From: Candidatus Poseidoniaceae archaeon
GTDB lineage: Archaea; Thermoplasmatota; Poseidoniia; Poseidoniales; Poseidoniaceae
Direction of reading: 5' to 3'
Assembly: GCA_938084675.1 (NCBI GenBank)
Contig: CALKGM010000012.1
Location: 12,678-76,677 of the forward strand
DNA length: 64,000 bases
Positions 47,529-57,596 of this stretch are shown here, in pieces; position 1 is the first letter of the stretch; each line of letters starts with the position of its first letter. Under the pieces are notes generated by a model. That model was not told where the DNA came from, made no database searches, and saw only the letters and a list, made by a program, of their open reading frames with translations. Both the position numbers and the translations under genes were made by a program.

Positions 47529-49889
47529 TCATGCGGATGATGCGGTCTCTTCGTCACTCAGTGGTTTGTCTTCTTCGGCTTCTGTTGATGTTTCAGAAAG
47601 GGTGGTGTCATCAGGCTGTGTGTCTTCCGAAATCAAAACTCGGGCGGTTTCTTCTAGCGTAGTGAGGTTGGTAGCAGTGATTCCTGCGGAAGATATTGCG
47701 TAAACATAGTCGCCCATGAAGATGGAACGGCGTATGTTGTATTCGTTCCACCATCGATTGTTTTCATCTTGAGTGTAAAGGTCTGAATGGTCAACTGTCC
47801 CGTAAACGCTGAGGTTTCCGGTCGTTTCATTAACATCAACGAGCATCAACTTTGAGACATACTCATACGACCAATAGTAACGGTTGTTAATTTGATAATC
47901 AATATATCTGTATGTAGAAAGCGGTACGGCGAGGAGTTTCTTCGGTGCCCAATATTGGAACGCCTTGGATTCGTAGGTTGCCTCCGACCACGACCAAACC
48001 CAATCGCTTTCGTTGGTGTTCACCGGTGAAAGTCTGAGGGCAGCATCTTGAGATGGTGCTGTCGGATCTGTGATGTTAAACAGAGAAATTTGCGTTCCCG
48101 ACCAGTCAAGACCAGTGCCGTCCTCATTGGCTGGGCCTAGCCCGATGGTCAACAGGTGATTGCGTGATAACGGGTGGATATAAGTGGAAACTCCTGGGAC
48201 CTTGAGTTCGCCCAAAATAGTGGGCTGGGTCTCATCTGAGACATCGATAACCCAAAGCGGGTCAATTTGTTCAAAGGTTACAATATAGGCTCGGTCGCCA
48301 TCAAACCGTGCACTCCAAATGCGTTCTCCTGGAGCGATTCCATCAACTCGGCCCGCTTCAACTAAAATCTGCTCTTGGGTTTCTACATCCATCGAGCGAA
48401 CAAGCGTCACAAGTTGTGATGACATGGGTTCGGGGTCCTCCATCCACCATCGGGCCCACTGTCCTGACGTGCTAGCGACGCGAAGCACACCTTCGTGCTC
48501 CGACAGTGCGAATTGGTTGACAACTGTCCCATTGATGCGCCCGGAGCCAGTGTAGAGAGTCGCCTCTCCGCTGATATCAAACGTGTGAAGGTTGGTCATC
48601 TCGTTGGCTTCATCATTGCCCCAGAACCACCACCAGTCAAAGGCGCTTTCAGCCAATACGAGGAGGTTTTGAGAGGCGTAGACTTGTGGATAGGTGCCTA
48701 CAATGTGGTCAACTTCAAAGTCAAACTCCGCCGATGACAAATCCAAAGCAAAAATGCTGGATATCCCCCGATTGAATCCCTCGGATGGAGCGACGAAGTC
48801 GGCGCATTGACCATCGGTCATCGTATGGGTTGTCACACTACCATTGCTGTATTCATACACCTGTGGGAGGAGTTCCTCAAGAGTGAGTGTAGAAAGAACT
48901 TCGCGATTTTCCTGTATGGCCTCCCAAGCAACTTTTTGACGTATTTCGGTGCGAAGAGAATCGTCGTAATCTAGATTCCAATAGCCGGCTGGAAGGTCTA
49001 ACCATGTTCGGAGCCCTTGCACGTCCATCCAGGCATGACTAACGGTTCGGACGGTTCCATTGACCTCTCTAGCAGTAATGTAACTTCCTTCGATGTACAG
49101 TTCCCGCTCCACATCAGGGTCGGTGCGGTCAGCCACATCATAAACTGTAAATTTGGTCAGGCTTGAAGTTCTCCAATTGCCATATTCTCCATCCCATCCC
49201 ATTTCATCAATCACCGGACTGCTTCGTGAAAGACTCCACGGACTTAACGTTGAAATTACAACCAATTGGTCGCCGTCCAGCATCATGGCTTGAGGGGTTC
49301 CTTCTACGGTTGTGTTTGAGAGGTCGGTGATTTGTCCAAATTCAGGGACTCCAAAGATGTGCAGTTTTTGACCTTGAAGATAGTAAATGTTGTAGCCGTC
49401 GGTTTTGACAAAGTCTGCCTCATCGACGCCTGACTCTTGGTTATTCGTTCCTGAGAAATCCTCCCCCTCAACCAACTTTGGAGCAGTGCGGGGTTGGGCT
49501 GCAGCGCCTCCTTCAGCACCGCTTGCAGTGTCTGAAACCATTTCCATGTCATCTTCCAACCACATGCCGCCGCCATAGTAGTATTCCTCGGCTGCCGCTT
49601 GCAAAAGTTGTATTCTGTATTCTTCTTCAAGCGAAGATTTCAGAGATTGTTCAAGGTCCTCACAGTCGTCATAACCTTGCAATTGCGGCGAACCAATGCT
49701 CCGGGCTGGGATGTCAGACCAATCATTAGGAAGCTCAACATCCGGAACTTCTACACTTGGTTCAATAGCATTGAGACAACCTGCCCCGAAGAACAGCAGC
49801 AGCATCATTACGGCAAGCATTTGCTTTGAGTGCATGTCTACAACCAGGGACCGGCTGGTTATCAAAGACTTGGTGAGTTGATTTGACAA
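47529..49889 (-). CDS. secreted/anchored beta-propeller-like protein with acidic C-terminus (hypothetical)
   Basis: 786 aa. N-terminal anchor MLAVMMLLLFFGAGCLNAIEP. W/Y/D-rich repeated blades. C-terminal ETSTEAEEDKPLSDEETASSA. Confidence 0.4.
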   Translation of the reverse strand: MSNQLTKSLITSRSLVVDMHSKQMLAVMMLLLFFGAGCLNAIEPSVEVPDVELPNDWSDIPARSIGSPQLQGYDDCEDLEQSLKSSLEEEYRIQLLQAAAEEYYYGGGMWLEDDMEMVSDTASGAEGGAAAQPRTAPKLVEGEDFSGTNNQESGVDEADFVKTDGYNIYYLQGQKLHIFGVPEFGQITDLSNTTVEGTPQAMMLDGDQLVVISTLSPWSLSRSSPVIDEMGWDGEYGNWRTSSLTKFTVYDVADRTDPDVERELYIEGSYITAREVNGTVRTVSHAWMDVQGLRTWLDLPAGYWNLDYDDSLRTEIRQKVAWEAIQENREVLSTLTLEELLPQVYEYSNGSVTTHTMTDGQCADFVAPSEGFNRGISSIFALDLSSAEFDFEVDHIVGTYPQVYASQNLLVLAESAFDWWWFWGNDEANEMTNLHTFDISGEATLYTGSGRINGTVVNQFALSEHEGVLRVASTSGQWARWWMEDPEPMSSQLVTLVRSMDVETQEQILVEAGRVDGIAPGERIWSARFDGDRAYIVTFEQIDPLWVIDVSDETQPTILGELKVPGVSTYIHPLSRNHLLTIGLGPANEDGTGLDWSGTQISLFNITDPTAPSQDAALRLSPVNTNESDWVWSWSEATYESKAFQYWAPKKLLAVPLSTYRYIDYQINNRYYWSYEYVSKLMLVDVNETTGNLSVYGTVDHSDLYTQDENNRWWNEYNIRRSIFMGDYVYAISSAGITATNLTTLEETARVLISEDTQPDDTTLSETSTEAEEDKPLSDEETASSA

Positions 49890-49896
49890 ATATGTA

Positions 49897-50778
49897 TTAA
49901 TTGCTAATCGGCGAGGTTTTGCTACTCGCTAGAGCCTCAGAACCCAATGTAGAAATGGCCCATGGGGCCCGTTTACGAGAGGTGATTGGGAAAATATATT
50001 CTGATCGTTTTAGTTCGGTTATATGGTGATGAAGGAGTTGTCGGGATATGCCCAACTGTGAGGTGATTTCCTTGTTTGACAGTCCTAACGAACCTGCATT
50101 TGATAGTACTTCTAGTACTGCCAGTCGGGTCCCTACTACAGTGGTTTTTATTTTCAGGATGCTGTCTTCTGGAGTGCCTTTTGATGCATATCGGCGGAGT
50201 TTTCCATCGCGCCATGAAATGATTTTTTCCGAAGATTCAAGAGATTGAAGATGGTGTGCTGTCACTCCATTTGCTAAATCTAATGCATCGCGTAAAGCAG
50301 AGAAGTGAATTCCAGCATTCGCTTCAATAAATCCTAGAATCCGACCCTTTGTCATGTCATTTGTCGAATGCCTACGGGCAAGAAGTGGAGTCACGAAAGC
50401 CATTAAGAGAAGAATATGAATTGACTCGGAGAATAACGAACCTATGATGAGCGTGGACAGAAATGTTGCCCCGGCGTAAAGAGTGGTTCGCCCCTGGTTC
50501 GGTGCTGGGTCAAAATCAGCTTCATTTGTATCAGGGTCAGGAGGCAGGCGTACGTATGCGTCCTCCTCTGTATTTTTGACGGCTTCCTCATCAGCCGCTT
50601 CCTCATCGGACGTTTCTTCATTTGACGCCCCTTCATCCGCGTCAGCGAGACTGTCGGATGAGTTTGGGGGTTCTTCATGATTCGTTGACGAGGCGTATTG
50701 TACAGATTGGACGGTCCCGTGAACGATAAGCGCCAGGGCGAAAAACGTCAACAGGCGGACAAATTGAACCGATTTCAC
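49897..50778 (-). CDS. membrane-associated protein with two winged-helix (ArsR/MarR-like) DNA-binding domains and an acidic extracytoplasmic N-terminal region
   Basis: Signal/TM, acidic E/D-rich stretch, a second TM, then two wHTH-like segments (ILGFIEANAGIHFSALRDAL...; VLEVLSNAGSLGLSNKEITSQLGISRQLLHHHITELK). Confidence 0.45.
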   Translation of the reverse strand: MKSVQFVRLLTFFALALIVHGTVQSVQYASSTNHEEPPNSSDSLADADEGASNEETSDEEAADEEAVKNTEEDAYVRLPPDPDTNEADFDPAPNQGRTTLYAGATFLSTLIIGSLFSESIHILLLMAFVTPLLARRHSTNDMTKGRILGFIEANAGIHFSALRDALDLANGVTAHHLQSLESSEKIISWRDGKLRRYASKGTPEDSILKIKTTVVGTRLAVLEVLSNAGSLGLSNKEITSQLGISRQLLHHHITELKRSEYIFPITSRKRAPWAISTLGSEALASSKTSPISN

Positions 50779-50836
50779 GCCATCCTCATCATACGCGTGG
50801 ATATGAATGAAATGGTAAATTGATTTTACAAGCCGG

Positions 50837-51505
50837 TCACAATAGGGTCATAGCGGCATAACCAGCTGTTCCCAAAATGATGAGAATGAGAATGCTGCGT
50901 TTCAACCAACTCTTCTTTTTCTTAGACGGGGCTGATTCCGCGATGAGAATTTCAGGCAACAAAAGGTCGGGAAGTGCCGCTCCCGGCAAGGGGAGAGTTA
51001 GTTCTGGAAGGGCGGGCATTAATGCTCCCTCATCCGCTTCAACCTTAACACGGTCTTCGGGATAGAGGGCGTCCAGGTCTTCTAAGCCCGGTGCGTCGGG
51101 GATGGTTCCGATGATTTTATTCCATGATGATTCCAATGTCCCGCTGGATATCGGCTTTTGGAGCCACGTAACTGCTCCAGCAGAAAACGATGCATTGCGG
51201 GCAAGTTCGGCCATCCGGCTCGGAGCGACGAAAACAATGCGCTGTTCTCCTCCATGCTCCCGCATTTCTAATGCTGCGAGATGGCCGTCAAGCGAGGGGA
51301 GGTCAAGTGAGAGAACTACAAGTTCAGGGTCAAGGCGAATGTATTCATCAACGGCTTTATCGCCGTCTTCACAAACTTCAATCTTGAAATTTTTGGCCTT
51401 GAAAAGGTTGGTGAGGCGCATTGATGACATCGGATTGTTGTCAACAATGAGGACGGTTGGGGCCGCATCATCGTTAGCGTCGGTAACAAGGCCCATACCA
51501 ATCAA
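50837..51505 (-). CDS. CheY-like receiver-domain protein with C-terminal TM anchor (orphan response regulator)
   Basis: TVLIVDNNP ... VVLSLDLPSLDG receiver motifs. C-terminal ILILIILGTAGYAAMTLL. Confidence 0.55.
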   Translation of the reverse strand: MIGMGLVTDANDDAAPTVLIVDNNPMSSMRLTNLFKAKNFKIEVCEDGDKAVDEYIRLDPELVVLSLDLPSLDGHLAALEMREHGGEQRIVFVAPSRMAELARNASFSAGAVTWLQKPISSGTLESSWNKIIGTIPDAPGLEDLDALYPEDRVKVEADEGALMPALPELTLPLPGAALPDLLLPEILIAESAPSKKKKSWLKRSILILIILGTAGYAAMTLL

Positions 51506-51540
51506 AGCATCGCACAGAGTTCTTCCACATCAAACAACCG

Positions 51541-51921
51541 CTATTCTTCTTCTCCAGAGGCTGATGTTGACAGATCCTCAACAGGGCCGTCTTGTGGTTG
51601 GCTAAATGTTTCTCGGATGACTTCGCTCTGTGCTTGTTCTTCTTGCCGCTTGCGATGAAGTTGTGGTGCTTTAGTAAAGTGCATTTGTAAATCGCTGATG
51701 ACCGTCCGAAGCATTTGTGTTTCTTGTGATGTCAAATTCCCTTCTGTCTTTTTCTGAAACATTCGTAGAACTTCGATTCCTTCTTTGGCCTCAAGAAGGT
51801 TGTAGTGAAAGGCATGGTCTTGGTCGGGTAAATAGCCCATATGAAGCATGGTTGAGCGTTGTAACATCTGTACGATTTGGAAAAAGCGAGCCGAGTCTTC
51901 GTCTGCAAACATATCCGCCAT
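51541..51921 (-). CDS. small acidic hypothetical protein (126 aa; DUF1844-like by weak motif recall)
   Basis: Tightly packed between the receiver gene and ftsY. Confidence 0.35.
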   Translation of the reverse strand: MADMFADEDSARFFQIVQMLQRSTMLHMGYLPDQDHAFHYNLLEAKEGIEVLRMFQKKTEGNLTSQETQMLRTVISDLQMHFTKAPQLHRKRQEEQAQSEVIRETFSQPQDGPVEDLSTSASGEEE

Positions 51922-51958
51922 GGGCTAACCAAGGGTTGGGGGTTTTTCTCCTTCTCGC

Positions 51959-53347
51959 TCATTCAAACAACTGGTCGAGCAGCCATTGCGGTTCGAATTG
52001 AAGGAGGTCGTCGTAGCCTTGACCAACACCTGCAAAGACGATTGGTCGGCCAGTAGCGTAGGCGATTGAGAGTCCCGCGCCCCCTTTTGCATCGGTATCC
52101 ATTTTGGTTAATACTGCCCCGTCAAAGCGCATGATTTCTTGAAACATCTTAGCTTGCTCAACCGCATCATTGCCTGCAAGTGAATCGCCAACAAAGAGGG
52201 TTAAGTGAGGATTGGTCACCTTGCGGACCTTGTTGAGTTCGTTCATCAGGTTTGTTTTGTTCTGCATTCGCCCGGCTGTATCAACCAAGACAACGTCGAT
52301 GTCTCTGGCTTTAGCGGAATCGATGGCATCACGAGCAATCGCAGCAGAGTCGCCGCCTCGCTGACTCGAAATACACCGAATACCCAGGTTATCACAGTGA
52401 GATTCCAATTGCTGGATGGCTCCAGCCCTGAATGTATCACCTGCTGCTGCAATCACACTGATGTTGTTGTTCAAGAGGCGTTGTGCAATTTTCGCAGCGG
52501 TTGTTGTCTTACCGGTCCCGTTTACGCCGACCATCATGATGACGACGGGGGTGTCTCCGGCCTCGATAAACGCTTTGACCGAGGCGTCAAAATCCCAATA
52601 GCCGGCTTCCAAGAGGCCATGGAGGGTACGTTTGAGGGCAGCCTCGAGAACCTTTGGCAGTTCTGCACCTTTTCTCAAACGTGATCCGATGAGGGCAGTG
52701 CGTAGACTGGAGATGAGGGCGGATGTTGCATGCTGGGAAATATCGGATTCAAGAAGAACCCATTCTAATTCTTCAAGAAGGTTGTCAAGTGCAGCACTTG
52801 GCTTGATAATACGCCCTCCTTCATTGACTACACCACCACCGAGTTCAATGTCAAGAGTGGTGCCGGCTTCCGTTTCCAATTTTGCCGTTTTTGATGAGCC
52901 CTTTGGGTCTTGTTTAACCTTGACAAGTTGGCGGCCGGTTGTGGTTCTCATCATGGTCAAATCAACTTTGGAACCTCTTGGCCGTGCGACATCAACGGCA
53001 CCTCGCTTTTTCATGTCTTTAGCAACCTTCGCTGCTATCTTTTTACGCTCTTTTTCTTGGCGTTCAAGGAATTTGCGTTCTTTCTTCGTTAACACGATTG
53101 GAGCGGTAGGTTCGTCGTCGTCCCATTCATCCCAATCCTCGTCCGAAGAAGATGTGGTTTGGGCTACTTCCTCGGTTTCTTCAATCGCCTCCAAATCATC
53201 CCAATCTTCTGTTGGCGTGGATGGTTCTGTTGGCGTGTTGAGAAGTTCTTTGGCTTCTACTGAGTTTGCATCAGCAGACAGAGCTTGCTCGTCAACATCA
53301 CTGGCAACTTCACGAACTCGACGTCGAAATTTATCAAACAATCCCAT
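51959..53347 (-). CDS. ftsY: signal recognition particle receptor FtsY
   Basis: MMVGVNGTGKTTTAAKIA (G1), DTAGR, TKMD and GxG motifs of the SRP GTPase family. Acidic N-terminal A-domain. Confidence 0.92.
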   Translation of the reverse strand: MGLFDKFRRRVREVASDVDEQALSADANSVEAKELLNTPTEPSTPTEDWDDLEAIEETEEVAQTTSSSDEDWDEWDDDEPTAPIVLTKKERKFLERQEKERKKIAAKVAKDMKKRGAVDVARPRGSKVDLTMMRTTTGRQLVKVKQDPKGSSKTAKLETEAGTTLDIELGGGVVNEGGRIIKPSAALDNLLEELEWVLLESDISQHATSALISSLRTALIGSRLRKGAELPKVLEAALKRTLHGLLEAGYWDFDASVKAFIEAGDTPVVIMMVGVNGTGKTTTAAKIAQRLLNNNISVIAAAGDTFRAGAIQQLESHCDNLGIRCISSQRGGDSAAIARDAIDSAKARDIDVVLVDTAGRMQNKTNLMNELNKVRKVTNPHLTLFVGDSLAGNDAVEQAKMFQEIMRFDGAVLTKMDTDAKGGAGLSIAYATGRPIVFAGVGQGYDDLLQFEPQWLLDQLFE

Positions 53348-53356
53348 CCAATCACC

Positions 53357-53938
53357 TCAGTCGTCCAATGTTAAATCGCTTCCAAACATTCCCCGTTTCC
53401 GACCCTTGCGAGCAGGCTTAGCCGGTTCCGGCTCTGGTTCAGATGCTGTTTGTTGTGGAAGGGTTTTGGCTTCCGCTTGTGGAGCGGTGAGGGATTGGAG
53501 TTGTTCGGCTGCAGTATTGAATGCCTGAGCAACTTGAGCGAGATTGGTTTCTGTTTGTTCGGCTTGACCTTGAAGTTCGTCCCGCAGGTGTTGGATGTCG
53601 CTTTCTCGCTCGAGAGTTATAGCGTGAGCATCTGACCAGTGGCGCTCACCAAAAACACCAGCTCCCAAATCAACGAGGGCGATGCCTTCTTCGCTTCCTT
53701 GATGGCGGTAATGGAGACTCACGCCCGAACCGATTGATACATGACTTGATGCGTTATTTGGGTCTTCGTGAGCCATTAATGCCTGGAGGGCCCCGGCTGT
53801 AATCTTATGCTCGGACAACACCGCATCCACTTGTTCTATGCGAAGATGAATTTCATCGAGGCGTTTGCGCAAGGCCTCAACGTCTCTCGCCATACGCTGT
53901 AATTGGGTGCGGTCTACCATCGGGCTCAACCCTTCCAT
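53357..53938 (-). CDS. pfdA: prefoldin alpha subunit (coiled-coil chaperone)
   Basis: Two coiled-coil segments flanking a central beta-hairpin region. The conserved archaeal neighbourhood rplX-pfdA-ftsY is present. Confidence 0.55.
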   Translation of the reverse strand: MEGLSPMVDRTQLQRMARDVEALRKRLDEIHLRIEQVDAVLSEHKITAGALQALMAHEDPNNASSHVSIGSGVSLHYRHQGSEEGIALVDLGAGVFGERHWSDAHAITLERESDIQHLRDELQGQAEQTETNLAQVAQAFNTAAEQLQSLTAPQAEAKTLPQQTASEPEPEPAKPARKGRKRGMFGSDLTLDD

Positions 53939-53973
53939 TCACTAGGAGTTGAAGAAGGCGACGACCGGAGAAT

Positions 53974-54246
53974 TCACTCTTCTTCTCTAACGGCAGTAAT
54001 GAGGCCGCCTTGAGCTGCAATTTGCTCTCGGAATGCATGAAGGACATGAGGCTCAGTAGAGGTTCTTGGGTCTATTTCTGACACATCAGCAATAGCGATT
54101 GTTCGTCGCTTTGCACGGTGGCGTGAACCAAGAATGGAGTATGTTTTGTCGGTTGCTTGTTCGGCATTTTCTGCGGTAAAGTCGTAAGAAAACTCTTGTC
54201 GTTGGCTACCAAAAGGTGCCGTCCCTGTCACTCGATAGGCCTTCAT
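53974..54246 (-). CDS. rplX: 50S ribosomal protein LX (L18Ae)
   Basis: Start at internal ATG. MKAYRVTGTAPFGSQRQEFSYDFTAENAEQATDKTYSILGSRHRAKRRTIAIADVSEI is typical LX. The track ORF is over-extended to 54324. Confidence 0.6.
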   Translation of the reverse strand: MKAYRVTGTAPFGSQRQEFSYDFTAENAEQATDKTYSILGSRHRAKRRTIAIADVSEIDPRTSTEPHVLHAFREQIAAQGGLITAVREEE

Positions 54247-54344
54247 CGGGCCGTCCGACTTGCCATCCATCCTTAAACGCGCTGGCGCGAATTGAGCAAA
54301 CGAGCAACCGCAAGATTGAGACAAAAAGGAATGCTCGGGGTGTT

Positions 54345-57300
54345 ATGTCGAAGGCCTGGGCGATGATTGTTCTGGCCTTCATGCCGCTGGTTTCGGGGAT
54401 ATATGCCCCCCCAGCGGAACCCGAATTACCAGCGGCTATGATGGGGAACGAGCGGTTGTTGGTGCTTGAGAGCGGCGTGTGGGATTCCGACGGCTGGCTG
54501 GAGTTAACTGAATACGGTTTGACTCCCCTCCGAGTTGTGGATCAGCAATCGCTTCTTGTATGGGCCCCATATGGTGCTTCTTTACCGGCTAACTATGACA
54601 TCAAATCCTACAGAGATGCGGTTTGGAAGCCGGGCATTGAAACACAAGCAGCACAAGTTGGAGATTGGGTTCGTGTTGTTTACGAGCCGCGGCTTCCGGT
54701 TGATGTTAAGTTGAGTATTGCTGATTCTTTTGCCGCCCAAGGTGGCTTCTTGGCAGAACGAAATGTTGGGCCGCTTCTCTCAATACCTACCTTCACCAAT
54801 GTTCTCATTCAAGATATGAAGTTCATTGACGCGGCCTTGACTATTGAGGGAGTGCTGTGGATTGAACCTGTGTTAAACACAGAAGGGCGGAACGGAGTGA
54901 GTGCTTCGATTCACGAGCACGGCCTACTCACCGACCATCCCTTTTGGGAACTCGGTTTGAACGGGAGTGGAGTGACATTGGGTATCGCAGATAGCGGCCT
55001 AGATGCTGATCATGCTTGTTTCCGAAACGCCACCAGTGGGACAAGTGTGTTTGCGGAACCTTCTGCGGAATATCCCGCAGTTGGGATTTTTGGCGACCAG
55101 CATCGGAAAGTTCTACTTCTCAACACAACAATAGATGAAAACGACACTCCCGGAGATGAAGACTATCGACACGGGACACATGTCGCTGGAACGTTGGTGT
55201 GTTTTGATGTCTCTAGCGAAAGAGATGGTACGGTTCCTGCTAACGGTTCGGCTCTTGCACACGGTTCAAAACTTCTGATGCAGGATATCGTGTCTTCTGA
55301 CGGTTGGGTGCCGCCAAACGTTGACGATTTGCTCTACGAATCCTCCGCCCAAGGAGCATTCATTCATTCAAATTCATGGGGAGACGCTACTACTGCTTAC
55401 ACTCAACGAACTGCGGCATTTGATGGATTTGCTAAAGCGATGCCTTGGTCGGTTGCATTCATCGCCCCTGGCAATTCGGGCGCAGGAATTCTTGAACCCG
55501 CCAACGGACGTAATGTGATTTCTATCAGTGCAACAACGAAGGCCGTTGACGCTGAGGTATGGGGCTCTTCTTCCTACGGCCCTACGGAAGCCGGTACAGA
55601 TGGAGTGTTCATGCTGGCAACGGGCGGAAGTGTACAATCAGCCGCGGCAGATGGCGACTGGTCTTCCAACAATTTCAACCTCCGCTCATCATCGGGGACG
55701 AGCATGGCAACGCCTGCGGCGGCCGGTGCCGCTGGAATACTTCAGCAGATGTATCAAGACGGTTGGTTGACTGGTTCCTTCGAAAACCAACATGCAGTTC
55801 CCCTATCTGCCCTGCAACCACCTTGGGCTGAGGGGGGGCCAAACAACACAACACTGCTCCTTGGACCCGGCTTTACGCCGTCTGGTTCGCTCATGCGGGC
55901 TACCCTCGCACTCGCCGCAACCCCACTAAGTCAAGATGAACGAAGTGGCGGGAATGGAGGGCATGATTTGCATAATCCACACGATGGGTGGGGTCGTTTG
56001 AATCTCAGTGAAGTGTTTAATCCGTCAAGTATCATGGATGGTGGAATGGTTTCACCTCTGGACAACGTGTGGGTTCACGACAGTTATCGTCTTACAAATT
56101 CCAACCCGGTGGAATGGATGGAAGTCTACGGTGGGCAGCAAAGTAACCTCTCTGGGTTTTCAGAACTTTCGTGGGATGGAACAGGAGCTGTTGGTCCGTT
56201 TCTTAAGACCGGCGAGCGATTCCAACAACGTTTCTCTCCGCTCGCAGATACCGATGTTGCCATTCGTTTGGCCTACCCTGCTCAACCCGAACCCTCGGTA
56301 GTTGACGACCTACAAATTCGGATAACGTTCCCGGATGGCACTGTTGTGGTCCCAGATCGTTTGCACGCCGACGGAACTCCGACCGAATTCAACGGAACCG
56401 TCGCTGATTTTGACAATCTGGATTCATTTCCTGGAAGCAATGAAACAACCTTTGGAATCAACCTTCCAAAGGAATTACTTGAGCAGCATTCATACTTCGA
56501 CGTAGAGGTTGTGGCACGCTATGTTGCGCCTGGTGGCGAGGCGGGGGCTGTCGGCCTCAATGGCGACCGCATCGGGTTTGGGTTGATTGTCCAAGGCGTA
56601 GACAGAGACGGAGAGGACCACCTCGATGGGGATGGGGACGGCGTGACAAACATGAACGACTTGTGTCCGAATGAAAATGCAATTGGAAACGATATTGATG
56701 GAGACGGGTGTCTCGATGATGACGATGGAGATGGAGTTGTAAGCCCGTATGACGATTGCCCTGATATTGATGCATCTGGATATGATGTAAACAACGACGG
56801 GTGTATTGATGACTCCGATGGAGACGGTGTGCTGGATGATGAAGATGAATGTTACACAGAAGAAGATTCTTGGCCGGTTATGTCAAATGGATGTTACCCT
56901 CTTGACCAGCCCCCTATCATCCAACTCATGAGCATTCCCGAAAATGGAACGGCTTGGGTTGACCTCTTCTCTATGGAATGGGGCGTGAGTGATCTGGATG
57001 GAGATGGTTATCGTTCCGGTGCCCAGCTGATTTATTCAAACAATTCAAATTACAGCATCACGGACTGTCAATACCAACATACCGCTAATCAGACCATGAA
57101 GTGTGTTTGGGATAATCCGGATGACCTTCCCTTACAGTATTTTGACGAGGGGTTATTCGTTCTCCAAATATTTGTTCAGACCACCAATAAATCTCCTGCA
57201 GCCTATGGAGAAATTATTGTTGTCAATACTACTATGAACATCACCATTGAACGCTTAATTTTGGGTGAGAAGGCGGATACGGCGCCGGTCCTAATCATTA

Positions 57301-57473
57301 CAAAATCCTCTCCTCCATTACTTCGGTGGGCGTTGATTGGAACGTTGCTCGCTGCAATCACCAGTTTTTGGTGGGCAAAACGGCAACTGAGATACGAAGC
57401 GGAGGGAGAAGTTTCGGCACCATTTGCCCAAACAGAAAAAGGTAGAGAGATTTTCCAAGAACAAGAAGAGTAA
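54345..57473 (+). CDS. S8-family subtilisin-like serine peptidase with C-terminal DxDxDG calcium-binding repeat region and C-terminal TM anchor
   Basis: Catalytic triad contexts GIADSGLDADH (Asp), HGTHVAGT (His), GTSMATPAAAG (Ser). Start at ATG 54345 (MSKAWAMIVLAFMPLVSG signal). Repeats DGDGDGVTNMNDLCPNENAIGNDIDGDGCLDDDDGDGV. C-terminal LLRWALIGTLLAAITSFWWAKRQ. Confidence 0.85.
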   Translation: MSKAWAMIVLAFMPLVSGIYAPPAEPELPAAMMGNERLLVLESGVWDSDGWLELTEYGLTPLRVVDQQSLLVWAPYGASLPANYDIKSYRDAVWKPGIETQAAQVGDWVRVVYEPRLPVDVKLSIADSFAAQGGFLAERNVGPLLSIPTFTNVLIQDMKFIDAALTIEGVLWIEPVLNTEGRNGVSASIHEHGLLTDHPFWELGLNGSGVTLGIADSGLDADHACFRNATSGTSVFAEPSAEYPAVGIFGDQHRKVLLLNTTIDENDTPGDEDYRHGTHVAGTLVCFDVSSERDGTVPANGSALAHGSKLLMQDIVSSDGWVPPNVDDLLYESSAQGAFIHSNSWGDATTAYTQRTAAFDGFAKAMPWSVAFIAPGNSGAGILEPANGRNVISISATTKAVDAEVWGSSSYGPTEAGTDGVFMLATGGSVQSAAADGDWSSNNFNLRSSSGTSMATPAAAGAAGILQQMYQDGWLTGSFENQHAVPLSALQPPWAEGGPNNTTLLLGPGFTPSGSLMRATLALAATPLSQDERSGGNGGHDLHNPHDGWGRLNLSEVFNPSSIMDGGMVSPLDNVWVHDSYRLTNSNPVEWMEVYGGQQSNLSGFSELSWDGTGAVGPFLKTGERFQQRFSPLADTDVAIRLAYPAQPEPSVVDDLQIRITFPDGTVVVPDRLHADGTPTEFNGTVADFDNLDSFPGSNETTFGINLPKELLEQHSYFDVEVVARYVAPGGEAGAVGLNGDRIGFGLIVQGVDRDGEDHLDGDGDGVTNMNDLCPNENAIGNDIDGDGCLDDDDGDGVVSPYDDCPDIDASGYDVNNDGCIDDSDGDGVLDDEDECYTEEDSWPVMSNGCYPLDQPPIIQLMSIPENGTAWVDLFSMEWGVSDLDGDGYRSGAQLIYSNNSNYSITDCQYQHTANQTMKCVWDNPDDLPLQYFDEGLFVLQIFVQTTNKSPAAYGEIIVVNTTMNITIERLILGEKADTAPVLIITKSSPPLLRWALIGTLLAAITSFWWAKRQLRYEAEGEVSAPFAQTEKGREIFQEQEE

Positions 57474-57596
57474 ACAAGGCACTGCTCTTCGCTTCTAACT
57501 ATGAAAGGTGTTCATTCCAACCCAATTTCACAAGGTGAACCTTGAAGGTTGGTGGCATACTCGGAGGTATGTCCGCAAGTCGGAAGGTGAACAAAA

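Noticed and set aside
53974-54324. 116-aa extent of the rplX ORF and 54216 start of the S8 peptidase ORF
   Set aside because: Both track ORFs are over-extended into each other. LX homology begins at the internal Met (54246), and the protease signal peptide begins at ATG 54345.
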